This document shows positions 28,783 to 41,535 of a stretch of DNA of 64,000 nt, piece by piece (position 1 is the first letter of the stretch; each line of letters begins with the position of its first letter). A model generated the notes under the pieces. It saw nothing but the letters and a program-made list of their open reading frames with translations. It did not search any database and was not told the DNA's origin. A program made the position numbers and the translations under genes. Source of the DNA: the human T2T-CHM13v2.0 reference genome, Homo sapiens; the NCBI RefSeq assembly GCF_009914755.1, contig NC_060945.1; one strand, given 5' to 3'.

Positions 28783-29134
28783 CAGGCATACCCCATTCTA
28801 TTGCACTTAAATTTATTGTGCTTCATAGAGAATGCATTTTTTTAACAAATTGAGGATTTGTGACAATTATGCATCTTTTGGCACTATTTTCCCAAAAGTA
28901 TGTGCTCATTTTGTGTCTCTGTGTCAGCAATTTTGTTGTAGCAATAATCTATTTTAAAATTAAGGTATGTACATGTTTGTTTGTAGTGCTATTGTACACA
29001 TAGACTACTGTATAGCAAAGAGAACCGTTACATAAACTAAGAATCCAACACATTTGTGTGACTGAATTTATTGTGATATTTGCTTTATTGCAGTGGTCTG
29101 GAACTGAGCCCACAATATCTTTCAGATATGCCTT
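28783..29134 (+). mobile_element. Internally deleted Tigger1 (MITE-like, ~350 bp)
   Basis: Both ends present: caggcatacc...ttattgtgcttc and gtggtctggaactgagcccacaatatctttcagatatgcct. Confidence 0.88.
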
Positions 29135-30331
29135 TGTGTGATTCTCTTGTTGCTCTTTGCTTTTGCCAATGATAAAGGCATGTTTTGAATGTGGGCTGCT
29201 TTTCAAACATGAATTTTATCTTGAAGAAGACACATGGAACATTACAACTTATGTGTCTCAGCCACGATAGATAAAATGTAATGTTTCACATATTTAGTAC
29301 TGACTGAAAAATACATATTTATTATTATAAGTCCACTGATATAGAGGGGATGCATGTTAGTGAAGCATAACTTTGCAAACTCAAACTACAAAAGCACCAA
29401 TTGAATAAGAATAATAATATGTAGAAAATAGTTTTCGTGAGCCAGGAATTATTATTGGCATATTTTATGCATTGTTTCATACAATCCTTATAAAATGTCT
29501 TAAATTATGGAGTCCTCCATCAAGGAAAAATTTAAAATGGGAGGAAATAAGCAGATATGAACAATTAGAAATAAAAATGCTATTGTATTTCTTCAGAGAA
29601 ATGCAAAAGGTACATAGGTAATAGATCAATTTGTTCAGAATTCTGAAGAAAATTAGATTTAGAAATTTTGAGTACCTATTCTGAATACAAGAGAGACTTA
29701 AGGCATCCCATTCATTCTTTGCTGGTACATACTAAGCTTAGAGAGACAACTTCATTTTTAATAACAAAACAGAAACAGAGTGGGGGGACTATAAAAAATG
29801 CACAATATGAAGAGAAATTAATACACTAGAGATTCAAAGGAAGAATCTGTATAGTTCATAACTTTCAACAGAAAAAGTATGACCATTCTAACAAACCACT
29901 AAGCTAGTATTATTAAATCTAGGTGAGAGATTGATCCCTCGAAAAGAACAAAAAAAACAACAACAAATATTGTGCCATAAGAAATGTGTAGAATCAAATT
30001 TTAAATACACATATGTTCTATTTACTATATATGTAAAATAAGGAAATTGACTGAGTTTAGGAAAGCTGCAAGAGATCACACAATGTGAAGTAAGAATTGC
30101 TAGAGGAAGACTAATAAATAAAAGAATGACAAAGAAAATAAAGAGAAGTAAAAAATTACATATATACAGTTTTTATTAAATCAACAAATTTTAAAAAATA
30201 CATGTTAGCCATAGGTTGAAAGAAGTATTTTTAAAATATTCACTGTTTCCTAGGGAGAAAAATGACTTAGGAAATTGCAAAGTAAGAACCAAAAGATTTA
30301 GCTGAAAAAATTATATGGTAGATAGCAAATA

Positions 30332-30540
30332 TGAGGCAGGGGCAGAGTCTGCACCTGCTCACTCATGTGCCCCTCAATACTCTGTGCCTGGCTCACCCTT
30401 GTCACATGTGGGATCCAAGCCAGTAGCATAAGCCGAGTGGGCAGAACAGGCTCAGCAGGCCTAAATAAAACTTGGGCAAAGGTGCCATCTGCCACAAAAA
30501 TTTCCAGCTGGCAAAGAGACACCCCAAGAATCCTGTGACA
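30332..30540 (+). mobile_element. MER52-like LTR, 3' end only
   Basis: aaaacttgggcaaaggtgcca...gacaccccaagaatcctgtgaca. Confidence 0.75.
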
Positions 30541-30860
30541 TTACTCCTGCAAAAATGGCCATAATAAAAAAATCAAAAGATAATAGATATTGGTATGAAT
30601 GTAGTGAGAGGGGCACACTTTTACATGGCTGATGGGAATGTAAATGAGTACAAACACTGTGGAAAACAGTATGGAATATTCCTTAAAGAACTAAAAGTAG
30701 AACTACCATTTGATCCAACAGTATCACTACTGAGTATCTACCAAGAGGAAAAGAAGACATTATACAAAAGATACTTGCACACATATGTTTATAGCAGCAC
30801 AATTTACAATTGCAAAAATATAGAACCAGCCCAAATGCCCATCAATCAATGAGTGGGGAG

Positions 30861-30903
<43 letters not shown>

Positions 30904-31290
30904 CACATACACATACACACACACACTATGGAATACTACTCAGCCATAAAAAGGAATGAAATAATGGCATTTGCAGCAACCTAGATGGGATTGGAGACCA
31001 TTATTCTAAGTGATGTAACTCAGGAATGCAAAACCAAATATCGTATGTTCTCACTCATAAGTGGGAGCTACGTTATGAGGATGCAAAGGCATAAAAATGA
31101 CACAATGGACTGTGGGGACTCGGGAAAAGGATGGGGGTGTTGAGTGATAAGAGACTACACATTGGATACAGTGTACAGTGCTGGAGAGATGGGTGTACCA
31201 AAATTTCAGAAATCACTGCTAAAGAACTTATTTATGTAACCAAATACCACCTGTTTCCCAAAAAGCTATTGAAATAAACAAAATAAAAAA
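30541..31290 (+). mobile_element. L1PB 3' portion with (CA)n
   Basis: ORF2 C-terminus FLKELKVELPFDP (ORF 30595-30852); L1PB 3' UTR. Confidence 0.9.
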
Positions 31291-31519
31291 GATAAAGTTT
31301 AAGCAATATTTATATTGTAAAGAATAAATTTGGTTAAAATATTTGTTTGATTAAAAACTTCTTAGCCAGATATTATTAACTAGACAAACTGAAATAACTG
31401 AATTATTTGTCAAATAATATTTTATAAGTATAATTAACTAAACGTTAATTTAGCAGCATAAAAAGTAATTAATACAAAACCATGAACGAATAAATTTTAA
31501 AACAAGGGATAATTAAAAG

Positions 31520-31520
31520 C

Positions 31521-31568
<48 letters not shown>
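31520..31568. repeat. (TA)n(TG)n microsatellite
   Basis: Directly visible. Confidence 0.95.
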
Positions 31569-31570
<2 letters not shown>

Positions 31571-31934
31571 AGGAACGGATCTCTAAAAAATCAATTTGAG
31601 TCAACATCTGGGTTATATGCCTAAGCAAAGGACAAATAATATAGAATGATACAAGAAATAAGACTATAAATTACCAATGTGTAAAAGAATTTAGATGTTT
31701 TATAATAAAATATTTGCTAAAATATTTCCTTGAAAAAGTATAAATTTCAAAAAAGCAATTTTAGGTATATATTATTAGAACTACCTCAATTGGCATTTAA
31801 AAGCAAAAGAATAATTACCAAAGTTGAAATGAACACATTTATGAAGGAATGTCTTCTATAAATGCTAGGCCAACATGCTACTTAAAAGAATTTAGCAGCA
31901 TATTAACATAAGTAGTTTTCAAATTGGTCAAAAA

Positions 31935-32390
31935 CAGTTGGGTTGCTTGTTTTAGTTTCCCCAGAAGCACACATTCGAATATGGGTTTGGCTGCAAATTG
32001 TTTGATAGGTAATCTTAAGAAGCACTGGTATGTAAAAGGGAAAGTTAGACAGGGAAAGAAAGGATGACATTGATGTTGTCTAATGATACGGTTACCACTG
32101 ATGGGGACTTCTAGGAGACAGCATAGAATGTGTTTTCAAATTGTTTCTCTTGTACATGTGAAGTTGGAATATTTATCTGTTAAGTTGTATCATTGGTTTA
32201 AGACCATTCTCGAGCATACATACTCTTCACATGCATGTGGACAGAGTTCGCATGTTTTCTGCTGATCTGAGCCTTCTGGCCAAGGAACATCCTTAGGAAG
32301 AGTGTGGCCAGTGCTTGTAGCAGAAACCATTGGCCTTTCAGAGAATAGTAAGTGCCAGGAAGGTGTGGAGTGAGCACTAACAACTTCTAT
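31935..32390 (-). mobile_element. LTR33-like ERVL LTR
   Basis: ttccccagaagca...gaagcactggta...ggaaagttagacagggaaagaaagg. Confidence 0.6.
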
Positions 32391-33042
32391 AGGCAATAAA
32401 ATAAGAATGCCATAACATAGAAAACAAGTAGCACGCACATACACACACACAGAGTAAAGCTCTCTCAACTACAGACAAAATTCATTCACGAGTGCTATTA
32501 TAAAAGCCTTTAGCAAATTAAGAGGAAAACGTGACATAGCAAAATGGAATTTGTCAGCAAGGAATCACTATTATATTTCACATTTTATTAGCTAAATTAA
32601 GAAAAGTGAAGCATATGCCTATCTCAATATTTGCCATAAAGTAATAAACTTTAACATGCAGGAATGCCAATGATATGATTACAGTTTTGCCATTAGAAGT
32701 AGTCTTAGGAACATGAAAAAGATTTCTACAAACACAAGTAATTCATAGCATCGCAGTGGAGATGACTGGTTAATGACTAGAATAACCCTCTTAATGCCGT
32801 GAGTGTCATTAACTCCCCACACTTGAAAAACCCCAAGAAGGACCATAATTTTGAATTTTCTTACAGTGGTTGAATTATGAGAAATAAAATTATGAGAAAG
32901 AAAAGATGACTAACCTTTAGGTTCCTGGGGAAACAAATTAATCCATTAATTGAATCAATTATTAATGACACACTCAGCAAACATAGCCATTACAGTCAAA
33001 GGTAATCATGGGTCCTTACCTGGGGTCTAGTAGAGCTTACAG

Positions 33043-33775
33043 TTTTTTTTTTTCTTAACAAAAATATCTGTACATGTTTCATGTACACAATTTAGTGCAT
33101 ATGCCTGTAGCCATAAAATCACCACAATAAGGATAATAAATATACTCATCATTCCTAAAAGTTTCCATGTATTTCTTTGGGGAGGCGGTGTGTGTGCTGA
33201 TGTGTTTCAAATGTGTATGTGTTTGTGTGTGGTTAGAACACTTAACATGAGCTCTACCTTCTTCGTAAATTTTAAGTATACAATAGTGAATTGTTAACTA
33301 TAGGCACAATGTTGTTTAGCAGATTTCTAGAACTTACTCATCTTGCATAACTAAAACTTTATATCCATTGTGTAACAATTCCTATCTTTCCTTCCTCCTA
33401 GCCCTTGACATCCACTATTCTATTCTCTGCCTCTAGAAGTCTGACTATTTTTAGAACTCATATAAATGAAATCATGCAGTATTTGTACTTCTGTGACTGG
33501 CTTATTTCACTTAGTAGATGTCCTCCAGGTCTATGTTTTCCCAAGTTGTAGGATTTTCTTCTTTATTTTAAAAAACTGGATAATATTTCATGGTACATGT
33601 ACATTATGTTTTCTCTGTCCACTCATCTGTCTATTGAAATTTGGGTCATATCTGTAGCTTGGTTACTGTGAATAATACTGCAACTTTCATTAGTGCAATA
33701 TCTCTTTGATATCATGATTTCACTTATTTTGGATGTATATCCGGGAGTGAGATTGCTGAATTGTATGGTAGTTCA
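33043..33775 (-). mobile_element. L1MB1/L1MA9-10-type 3' end
   Basis: acttaacatgagctctacc...gttaactataggcacaatgttg...tctagaacttactcatcttgcataact. Confidence 0.85.
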
Positions 33776-34389
33776 ATCACTGAATTCAATACATTTTAGG
33801 GATACCAAATCAACATATAAAAATCAACTGTGTTTCTATACATTAACAATGAACTGTCCAAAAGGAAATTAAGAAAATAATACCACATCTCTTCCACAAC
33901 AATGTGAATACACTTAACACTACTGTACTGTATACATAAAATCAGTTAAAGTGGTAAATGTTATGTTAACTGCAATTTAAAAAATTAAACTAGAATTCCG
34001 GTTCAGAATTTTTTTAAAAAATAAAACAATCCCATATATAAAAGCATCAAAAAAAAATACCTAGTAATAAGCCTAACCAAGAAGGTGAAAGACTTGTACA
34101 CTGAAATCTATAAAACAATGATGAAATAAAGCACACAAACTCATTTTCATGGATTGGATGACTCATTATTATTAAAATGTCCGTACGATCTAAAGTGATC
34201 TACTGATTTCATAATATCTTCATCAAAACTCCAGTGGGATTTTTTGCAGAAATAGAAAAAAAATCTAAAATTTATACAGAATAACAAGAGTTTGAATAGC
34301 CAAAGTGATCTTGAAAAAGAATACAGCTGGAGGCATCAGCTCTCTGATTTCAAAAATATATTACAAAGCTACAGTAATTAAAACAGTAT
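33776..34389 (+). mobile_element. L1M ORF2 segment, inverted relative to the adjacent 3' end, with a short nested L1MB 3' end at ~33886-34020
   Basis: gataccaaatcaacatataaaaatca...gaaggtgaaagacttgtacactgaa...ttacaaagctacagtaattaaaacagtat. Confidence 0.8.
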
Positions 34390-34907
34390 CTGTTTCCAAG
34401 GATGATTAGGAAGGAACATGTGAGAATGATGGAATTACCTCCACCAGATTCTCTTCACTGTGCTTCTTTCGGAATATGAAATTGAATTGATACTATCAGC
34501 CATTTAAATTGTGATTTAAGTGTTTTTATTTCATTATAATACGTGATAAACATATCAGTAATTTCAGAGTCTCATGCTTTATTTCATGTATTAGCTTTAA
34601 TTTGGGTAATTATTAATTTGATCATATAAGTAAAATCATTCTTCCTGCTTTACTATTTCCTGAAATATATACCTTCGAGATTAAAAAAGTGAAAAATTAT
34701 TCAGATAAATAATTTATTGTGAACAGTTTTGCAACACCATGTATTTTAGTGTTCCTCTCTTCAGCAAGTTGCATTCATACAATGATAATAACAACAACAT
34801 CATACTAGATTTTTTTCACTACCAATGGAGTATTTAGAATATTTATTTCTAGTGAAAGGGTTGTCCAACAACTACTTTCACAAAAACAAAAGTTTCAGTT
34901 GCTTAAA

Positions 34908-35625
34908 TGTTAATTTTCTATTGACACATAATACGTGTATGCCGGTATGGGATATGTATAATATTTGTTACGTGCATAGAATGTGTAATGATCAAGTCAG
35001 GGTATTTAAGGTATTCAGCAGCTTGAGTATTTGTCATTTCCTTGTGTTGGGAACATTTCAACTTCTCTATTTTAGCTATTTTGAAATAAACAATACATTA
35101 TTGTTAACAACAATGTTATTGATCATTAGAACTTATTCTTCTTATCTAACTGTATTTTTGTAGCTATTTACTAAACTCTCTTCATCTCCCCCACATGTAT
35201 TCTTACACCCTTCTCAGACTCTGGTAACTATTATGCTACTTCATGAAAATAACTTTTTAAGCCCCCACATACGAGTGAAAAGATGTGATATTTGTCTTTC
35301 TGTGCCTGGCTTATTTCTCTTAACATAATGACCTCTAGTTTTATCCCCGTTGCTAAACATGACAAGATTTTAGCCTTTTTATGGCTGACTAGTATTCTAT
35401 TATGTATATATGCCACATCTTCTTTATCCATCCCATCCATTGATGGACACTTAGGTTAATTCCATATCTTTTCTATTGTGAATAGTGCTGCGATAAACAT
35501 ATCAGCGCAGGTATCTCTTTGATATAGTGATAGCCTTTCCTTTGGATAAATACCCAGTAGTGGGAATGCTGGTTCATATGGTAGTTCTGTATTTAGCTTT
35601 ATGAAAAATCTCCATACCGTTTTAA
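34908..35625 (-). mobile_element. L1MA3/4-type 3' end
   Basis: gtaatgatcaagtcagggtattt...tgtgttgggaacatttcaa; ORF 35231-35440 is an ORF2 C-terminal remnant. Confidence 0.88.
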
Positions 35626-36199
35626 TGCTTAAAATACTAGAACATGGAATAAAGTTATTTTTGCAAGTGCATTTTAAAACAATTAGAGCTACGCACTGAA
35701 GAAAAACATTTTCTGCTAAAGTAGTATGTGCCTCACTGAAAAGTATTCTTGTTTAATAGAAGTATTATATCTTATAATAAATCCAAACTATAATAAAATT
35801 CAATTAAGCACATGCTATTTTCAATTCAGTAAGGTAGGCAATGTGGGAATTTAGATTCAAATGTGTATGGTTTCTCTTCTGGAATCTAGAATCAATATTG
35901 TAAAAGGCTTGTAAAAAAAATGACTATACTTTGAAAAGAATTAAGAAGATGTATAAATGGAATCCTGAGACAAGAGAGAAACAGGGAAAATTAATTCTAC
36001 AGAGTAATTTAGGAAAGTAGCAGATGTGGGAATCATCAAATGATCTGTACAAAAAAGAATTTGAGGTAAGTAGCACTGTTAGAGTTAGGTCACTGACAGA
36101 CTGAGAAGTACGTAAGTTCTTAGGAAGCAAGGTTGAAGGCAATTTAACAATAATGAAAAGTGCAGGCCATAAATATGGAATAGCAAGATATCAGGGCTA

Positions 36200-36330
36200 C
36201 ATCACCAAATATTTACTATACACCTATTATGTACCAAGCTGTTTTCTTAGCACTGAGGATTAAACTATCACTTGGAGACGTTAAAGTCCTTTTTCGTATG
36301 AAGCTCATTATCTGTTTGAGGTGAGAGTAG
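36200..36330 (-). mobile_element. L2 3' end fragment
   Basis: caaatatttactatacacctattatgtaccaagc...agcactgaggat. Confidence 0.6.
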
Positions 36331-37250
36331 GGGATGACAAAATATTAAATTTAAAAAGTAAAAAATAATGAATAAATAATAATCACTAATTTGAGAGCAA
36401 AATAGGGTGTATGATAGAAACTGACTGGGTGGCTACTTTTGATTGGTTTTGCAGGCAAGAGCTCCCTGTGCTTATGTGACACATATGATTCGTTAAGTGT
36501 TTACTTTATGCCTTACACCGTGTTCATTATATCAACTAACAACTCTCCATTTCTCAACTTTGCACATAAATTATTGTATATTTTCTGCATACATATGCAA
36601 ACACACACACACATATACAGATGCATTAACAGAAGATACAATATCATGAAAATTACAAAAAGAAAATTGAAGGCAGAAGATCTAAGTGAATTCTTAAATT
36701 CTAAGTTATTCTTAACCTCTAAGTTATTGACTTTCTGACCTGTTATTCATTACATTCATGGTGTGATAATAGCAGCCAACTCACAAGAGATCCATGAGAA
36801 AAAAATGAAATCCTATAAGTGGATATACAGTAGTTTGAAAACTACATATTAGAAGTGGCAATGTACAAATATGTTTATCACCATCTTCATATAATTATTT
36901 GTATACATGTCTAAATAGCATAATAATGGGAATAATACCAACAGAAAGTCCCAGTAACTTGAACTGATATTATATGTAGCCATACTACTGCAGTCAAAGG
37001 TAGATATTGAAATATAGGAAGTGATTCTATAGTAAATTATTAAACGAATGGGAAAATTCTTTCTGCATGGAAGTTTTTTCACATTATAGTTAAAAATAAA
37101 GTGATTTATAGTAATAATTAAATTAATATATAGTAATAAATAATAGAATATATACATACTAATGATTAGTTAGTTTTAGTACCTATAGGTAGTCTAACAG
37201 AGTATAAAGTTACTTATTATATTACCTTTGAACTGGAAGCTCATGGGGCT

Positions 37251-37261
37251 CTTTGTTTTGT

Positions 37262-37293
<32 letters not shown>

Positions 37294-37580
37294 TGAGGCG
37301 GAGTTACTGCTGTTGCCCAGGCTGGAGTGCAACGGCACAATCTTGGCTCACTGAGACCTGCACCTCCTGGGTTCAAGCAATTCTCCTGCCTCAGCCTCCT
37401 GAGTAGCTGGGATTACAGATGCGTGCTACCACAGCCAGAAAAATTTTGTATTTTTAATAGAGGCAGGGTTTCGCCATGTTGGCCAAGCTGTTCTCAAACT
37501 CTTGACCTCACATCATCCACCCACCTTGGCTAGGTAATCCCAAAGTGCTAGTATTACAGGCGTGAGCCACCACGCCCAGT
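37251..37580 (-). mobile_element. AluS (Sq/Sp-like)
   Basis: Full dimer with long T tail. Confidence 0.92.
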
Positions 37581-38234
37581 CGGTCTCTTTTTATTTCTGA
37601 CAGTTTCATGTAGATAAATAAAACATATATTAAGACACAATTAGAGAATAAACAAGAAATTATTATGTTATTAGGGATGTCATTCTGAGAAGAAATTACA
37701 TTTTCAAAAAAATTATTTGAAGCAAATAGTAAGAGGTTCACATAAATTATATAAACAAAAACATTAAAGGATTAGAGGAAAGAATTGAGTTGTTGTGTGA
37801 AATTTAATTTCTGTATGCAAGACCACTTTCAGCTTGAAAGACTTTAGTAGGCCTATTACCTTATAAGCCCTGTGCTTCACTGTTCCACATGGATCTCACA
37901 GTGAGAACTTACACTCAGCTGAGAGATCTAGCAGAAAATTGTACTCATTATGCAATAGAAGAAGAGAAAAAATAGGGCAAAAATTATTTCTGAAGTTTAA
38001 ATGGATGACATGATCATCAGATTCATGAAGAAAGACAGCAGAGTCACATAATATACATGGAATGTATGAGAGAAAAAATAAAATATATTGACCAAAACCA
38101 GAAGGTTTAACACAACACCAAGAGGAGTTAAAAACTTAAGAAGAAAAAAAAAATGGAGCAAGAGTTATAATCAATAAAATAATCTATAGATTGCAATTTC
38201 TGTCATTATGCTATAAAACCTATTCATAAATGGG

Positions 38235-39210
38235 ACTATTTCTAACCTCATCCATTGCCACTGACATTTCTTCTCTGGACTATCATATTAACTTTCTAAT
38301 TGTCCTTTATCTATTGCAAACATTTTGTCCCTTCTCCAGATAGTTACAAGATTATAGCCAGTGATTTTGTGAAACATAGTATTATCCAGATCTTATGTAG
38401 TTCCCTTGTCAAGAATACCAGTGGCCTCTGAACTCAGTCAGGGTAAAACCAAACTCCTTTCAATGTTCTACAGTGTCCTGCAATTTTCACCCCTGTTAAC
38501 TCTGACCCCATCTCTTACCGATTTTCCTCAGCTCATATAGGATTCTTTCTTTAGAGTCTTTTCACTGCTATTTTTTAAACAAATATTTTCAAATGTTAAA
38601 TGAATCATTACTTTACCCTTTTTAGCTCTTAACACACATAACACCTTCTCGATGAGGTCTTTCTGGGTGACTGCATTTTTTTTAAGAGACAGGATTTCCT
38701 CTGCTGCTCGGTGGTGCCATCATAGCTCACTGCATCCTGCAACTCCTGGGTTCAACTGTTCTTCCCACCTCAGCCTCCTGAGTAGCTTGGACTATAGGCA
38801 TGGGCCACCATGCCTGGCTAATTTTATTTTTATTTGTATTTATTTATTTAGAGATGGCGTCTTGTAATATTAATCAGGCTGCCCTGAAACTCCTGGCATC
38901 AAGCATCCTACCACCTTTGCCTCCCAAAGTGCTAGGATTACAGCCATGAGCTACTGTGCCAGGCTGGTCATTGCATTTTAATTGAAACCAACCGTGTCAC
39001 TAAATATCTGCTCCACTTTCTCTCTGGCAATCATTGCTATCTAAACTTTATAAATTGTTTTTTATTTATCTTTTCTTTTCTTTTCTCTGTTATTAGAATG
39101 TTAGCTCCAAAATAACAAGAAATTTTGTCTTATTTTTAAAAATTTTTATTGCTACGTTCCCAACAGCCTAACAGTTTATGGGATATAGCAGATGCCTAAT
39201 AATGAATGAA
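38235..39210 (+). mobile_element. L2a 3' portion interrupted by AluJ
   Basis: gggtaaaaccaaactccttt; tagaatgttagctcca; ends aataatgaatgaa. Confidence 0.7.
38676..38965 (-). mobile_element. AluJ
   Basis: catagctcactgcatcctg; TSD ggtgactgcatttt/ggtcattgcatttt. Confidence 0.9.
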
Positions 39211-39828
39211 GACATACTTAATAATTAATTCAAGGATGATGCTTACGTGAGTAAATCAAATTTAGAATAGGATAAATAAAATCTCCCACAATTAGAGATA
39301 TCTGTATAACATTTCAGAACAAAACAAAAAGTATTATTGTGGAAAGAATAGTTAATATCTTTGGTTTTTCACATACCTGTGATCCTTACAGGGGAAAACC
39401 TTCATGTTTTGGCCATATTTCCTCAGGCTAGTTGCCAGCAACAACCCTTATTTAGCAATAAGAAGACCGTTTGCTTCATGTGTTGTCACTAGTATCTTCT
39501 TAACAGGAAAGTTAATCAAGTCTGGAAATATGTTCTATGAGTTCCATGATGCCCCTTCATGTAGATTTCCCCTATATATTGCCCTCCAAACACCCCCCAT
39601 CCTCTTCTTCTGTGCCATCATCATTTCATCTTCTAGCAGGTTGTTTGAGAAGACTGCTATTCTGGTCAAGTGAATGAACTACTAATCAGCATTGACTCTA
39701 TTCCTTTATTTTCTTGAAGGGAACCAATACATTAATGTTAACTATTACATTTTGACTGATGAGTTCATGGAGATGAATCTGACTTATGGTACGTTTGAAA
39801 AATAAGCATTGTATCTTACTTAACATAG

Positions 39829-40345
39829 TGTATTAGTCAGGGCTCTCTAAGGGGACAGAACTAATAAGATATACGCATATATGAAGGGGAGTTTATTAGG
39901 AGAATTGACTCACATAATCACATAGTGAAGTCCCACAATAGGCCATCTGCAAGCTGAGGAGCAAGGAAGCCAATTCAACTCCCAAAACCTCTAAAGTAGG
40001 GAATCTGACAGTGCACCTTCAGTCTGTGTCTGAAGGCTCAAGAGCCCCTGGTAAATCACTGGTGTAAGCCCAAGAGTCCAAAAGCTGAAGAACTTGGAGT
40101 CTAATGTTCAAATACAGGCAGTATCCAGCATGGGAGGAAAGATGGAAGCCAGAAAACTCAGTAAGTCTGCTTTCCACCTTCTCCTCCCTGCTTTATTCTA
40201 GCTGTGCTGGCGGCTGATTAGATGGTACCCACCCAGATTGAGAGTCGATCTGCCTCTCCCAGGCAACACCCTCACAGACACACCCAGGAACAATACTTTG
40301 CATCCTTCAATTCAATCAAGTTGACACTAAATATTAACCATCACA
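39829..40345 (-). mobile_element. MLT2A2 (HERV-L) solo LTR
   Basis: tgtattagtcaggg...caatcaagttgacact...attaaccatcaca; has the A2-type block aaagtagggaatctgacagtgca; TSD catag/catgg. Confidence 0.88.
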
Positions 40346-41369
40346 CATGGCTAATATAATTTTCCAATGACAGAAAATAGTCAATACTTCTAGAAAAATA
40401 AAACTAGGCTCCAACATACTTTATTTATAAATTATTTATTTATTTATAACAACCATCAGTTTATATAATCCCAATGAAACTTAGAGAAAATTTTAGTCAG
40501 ATATTTTAATCATTATTATATATTTATTAAAAGCCATATATAAATGTAAAATCTTTATAAAAGAGGTATGTTTGTGGCAGTAAACATAATTATTATTCTT
40601 TTATATGCAAACAATATAAATATGAGTAACATTGCACTATAAATTTTTTTTTAAGGTTTGAAGTGTAAGCAAAACTTTTTCTCTCCAGTATACAGAATAA
40701 TTCACCTGCTAGCATTATTCTTAATACAGCTGATGGCCCATCTCATTTTATTATTTTTTGAGATTGAAGTATAAATAAGTAAAATCCTCAAATAAATGTA
40801 TTTTATTATGATTTGAATGCATGAATAACATATATTATCACATCATTTTCTACATTTATTCTTATATTTAACATTATACTATAGGGTACATCCTTTTACT
40901 TAGTTTGTAAAATCAAGAGAATTGAAACAACTTTGAAATGTGTTTTTATCAATTAAAAATAATGTGATATCATTGAAATCAGAAGACAAAATTTAGTTAA
41001 GTATTTGAGTTTCAGAAAATGGTTTATTTCATTGATACTTGCAATAGATATGTAAATATTTCCGTATCAAAAGTGCATATATTTGAAAATAGAAATAATT
41101 TCCAATACATGCATTTTTGATAGGAAAGTACAATATCTAAAATACTTGGTAATAAGAAAGACAAATTATACCAACCACTAGAACTAATCATCAAATATGT
41201 TCAAGTGTCCTTTCTCATCCTCTTAAAGATGAATATGGCCATGTCATTGTTTTGGCCAAAAGAATATTAATAAAAATGATAAATGTCCCTTACTTACATA
41301 TAAATTTGAAAAGCCAGTTTAGAGTTTACCATTTTGTTTTTCTCCCAAACACAAGGATCGACAGCACTC

Positions 41370-41535
41370 CATATGGTGCCTGCTCCAGTATCCTGGGTCC
41401 TGAGGACAAGGCAGAGTTACAGATCTCTCAAGTAACTCACAATGCACATGGAAAACAAACTTCACTGTTTTAAGCCACCGAAACTCAGAGTTTGTATATT
41501 ACAACAAAATAACTTAGACATTTATTTGGTTAGTA
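41370..41535 (+). mobile_element. Old MLT1 LTR 3' fragment
   Basis: tgctccagtatcctgggtcc...tgttttaagccaccgaaact...aaataacttag. Confidence 0.55.

Noticed and set aside
32947-32957. Exact DUX4-type motif TAATTGAATCA outside a recognised LTR
   Set aside because: A single AT-rich 11-mer cannot be told from chance without ChIP data.
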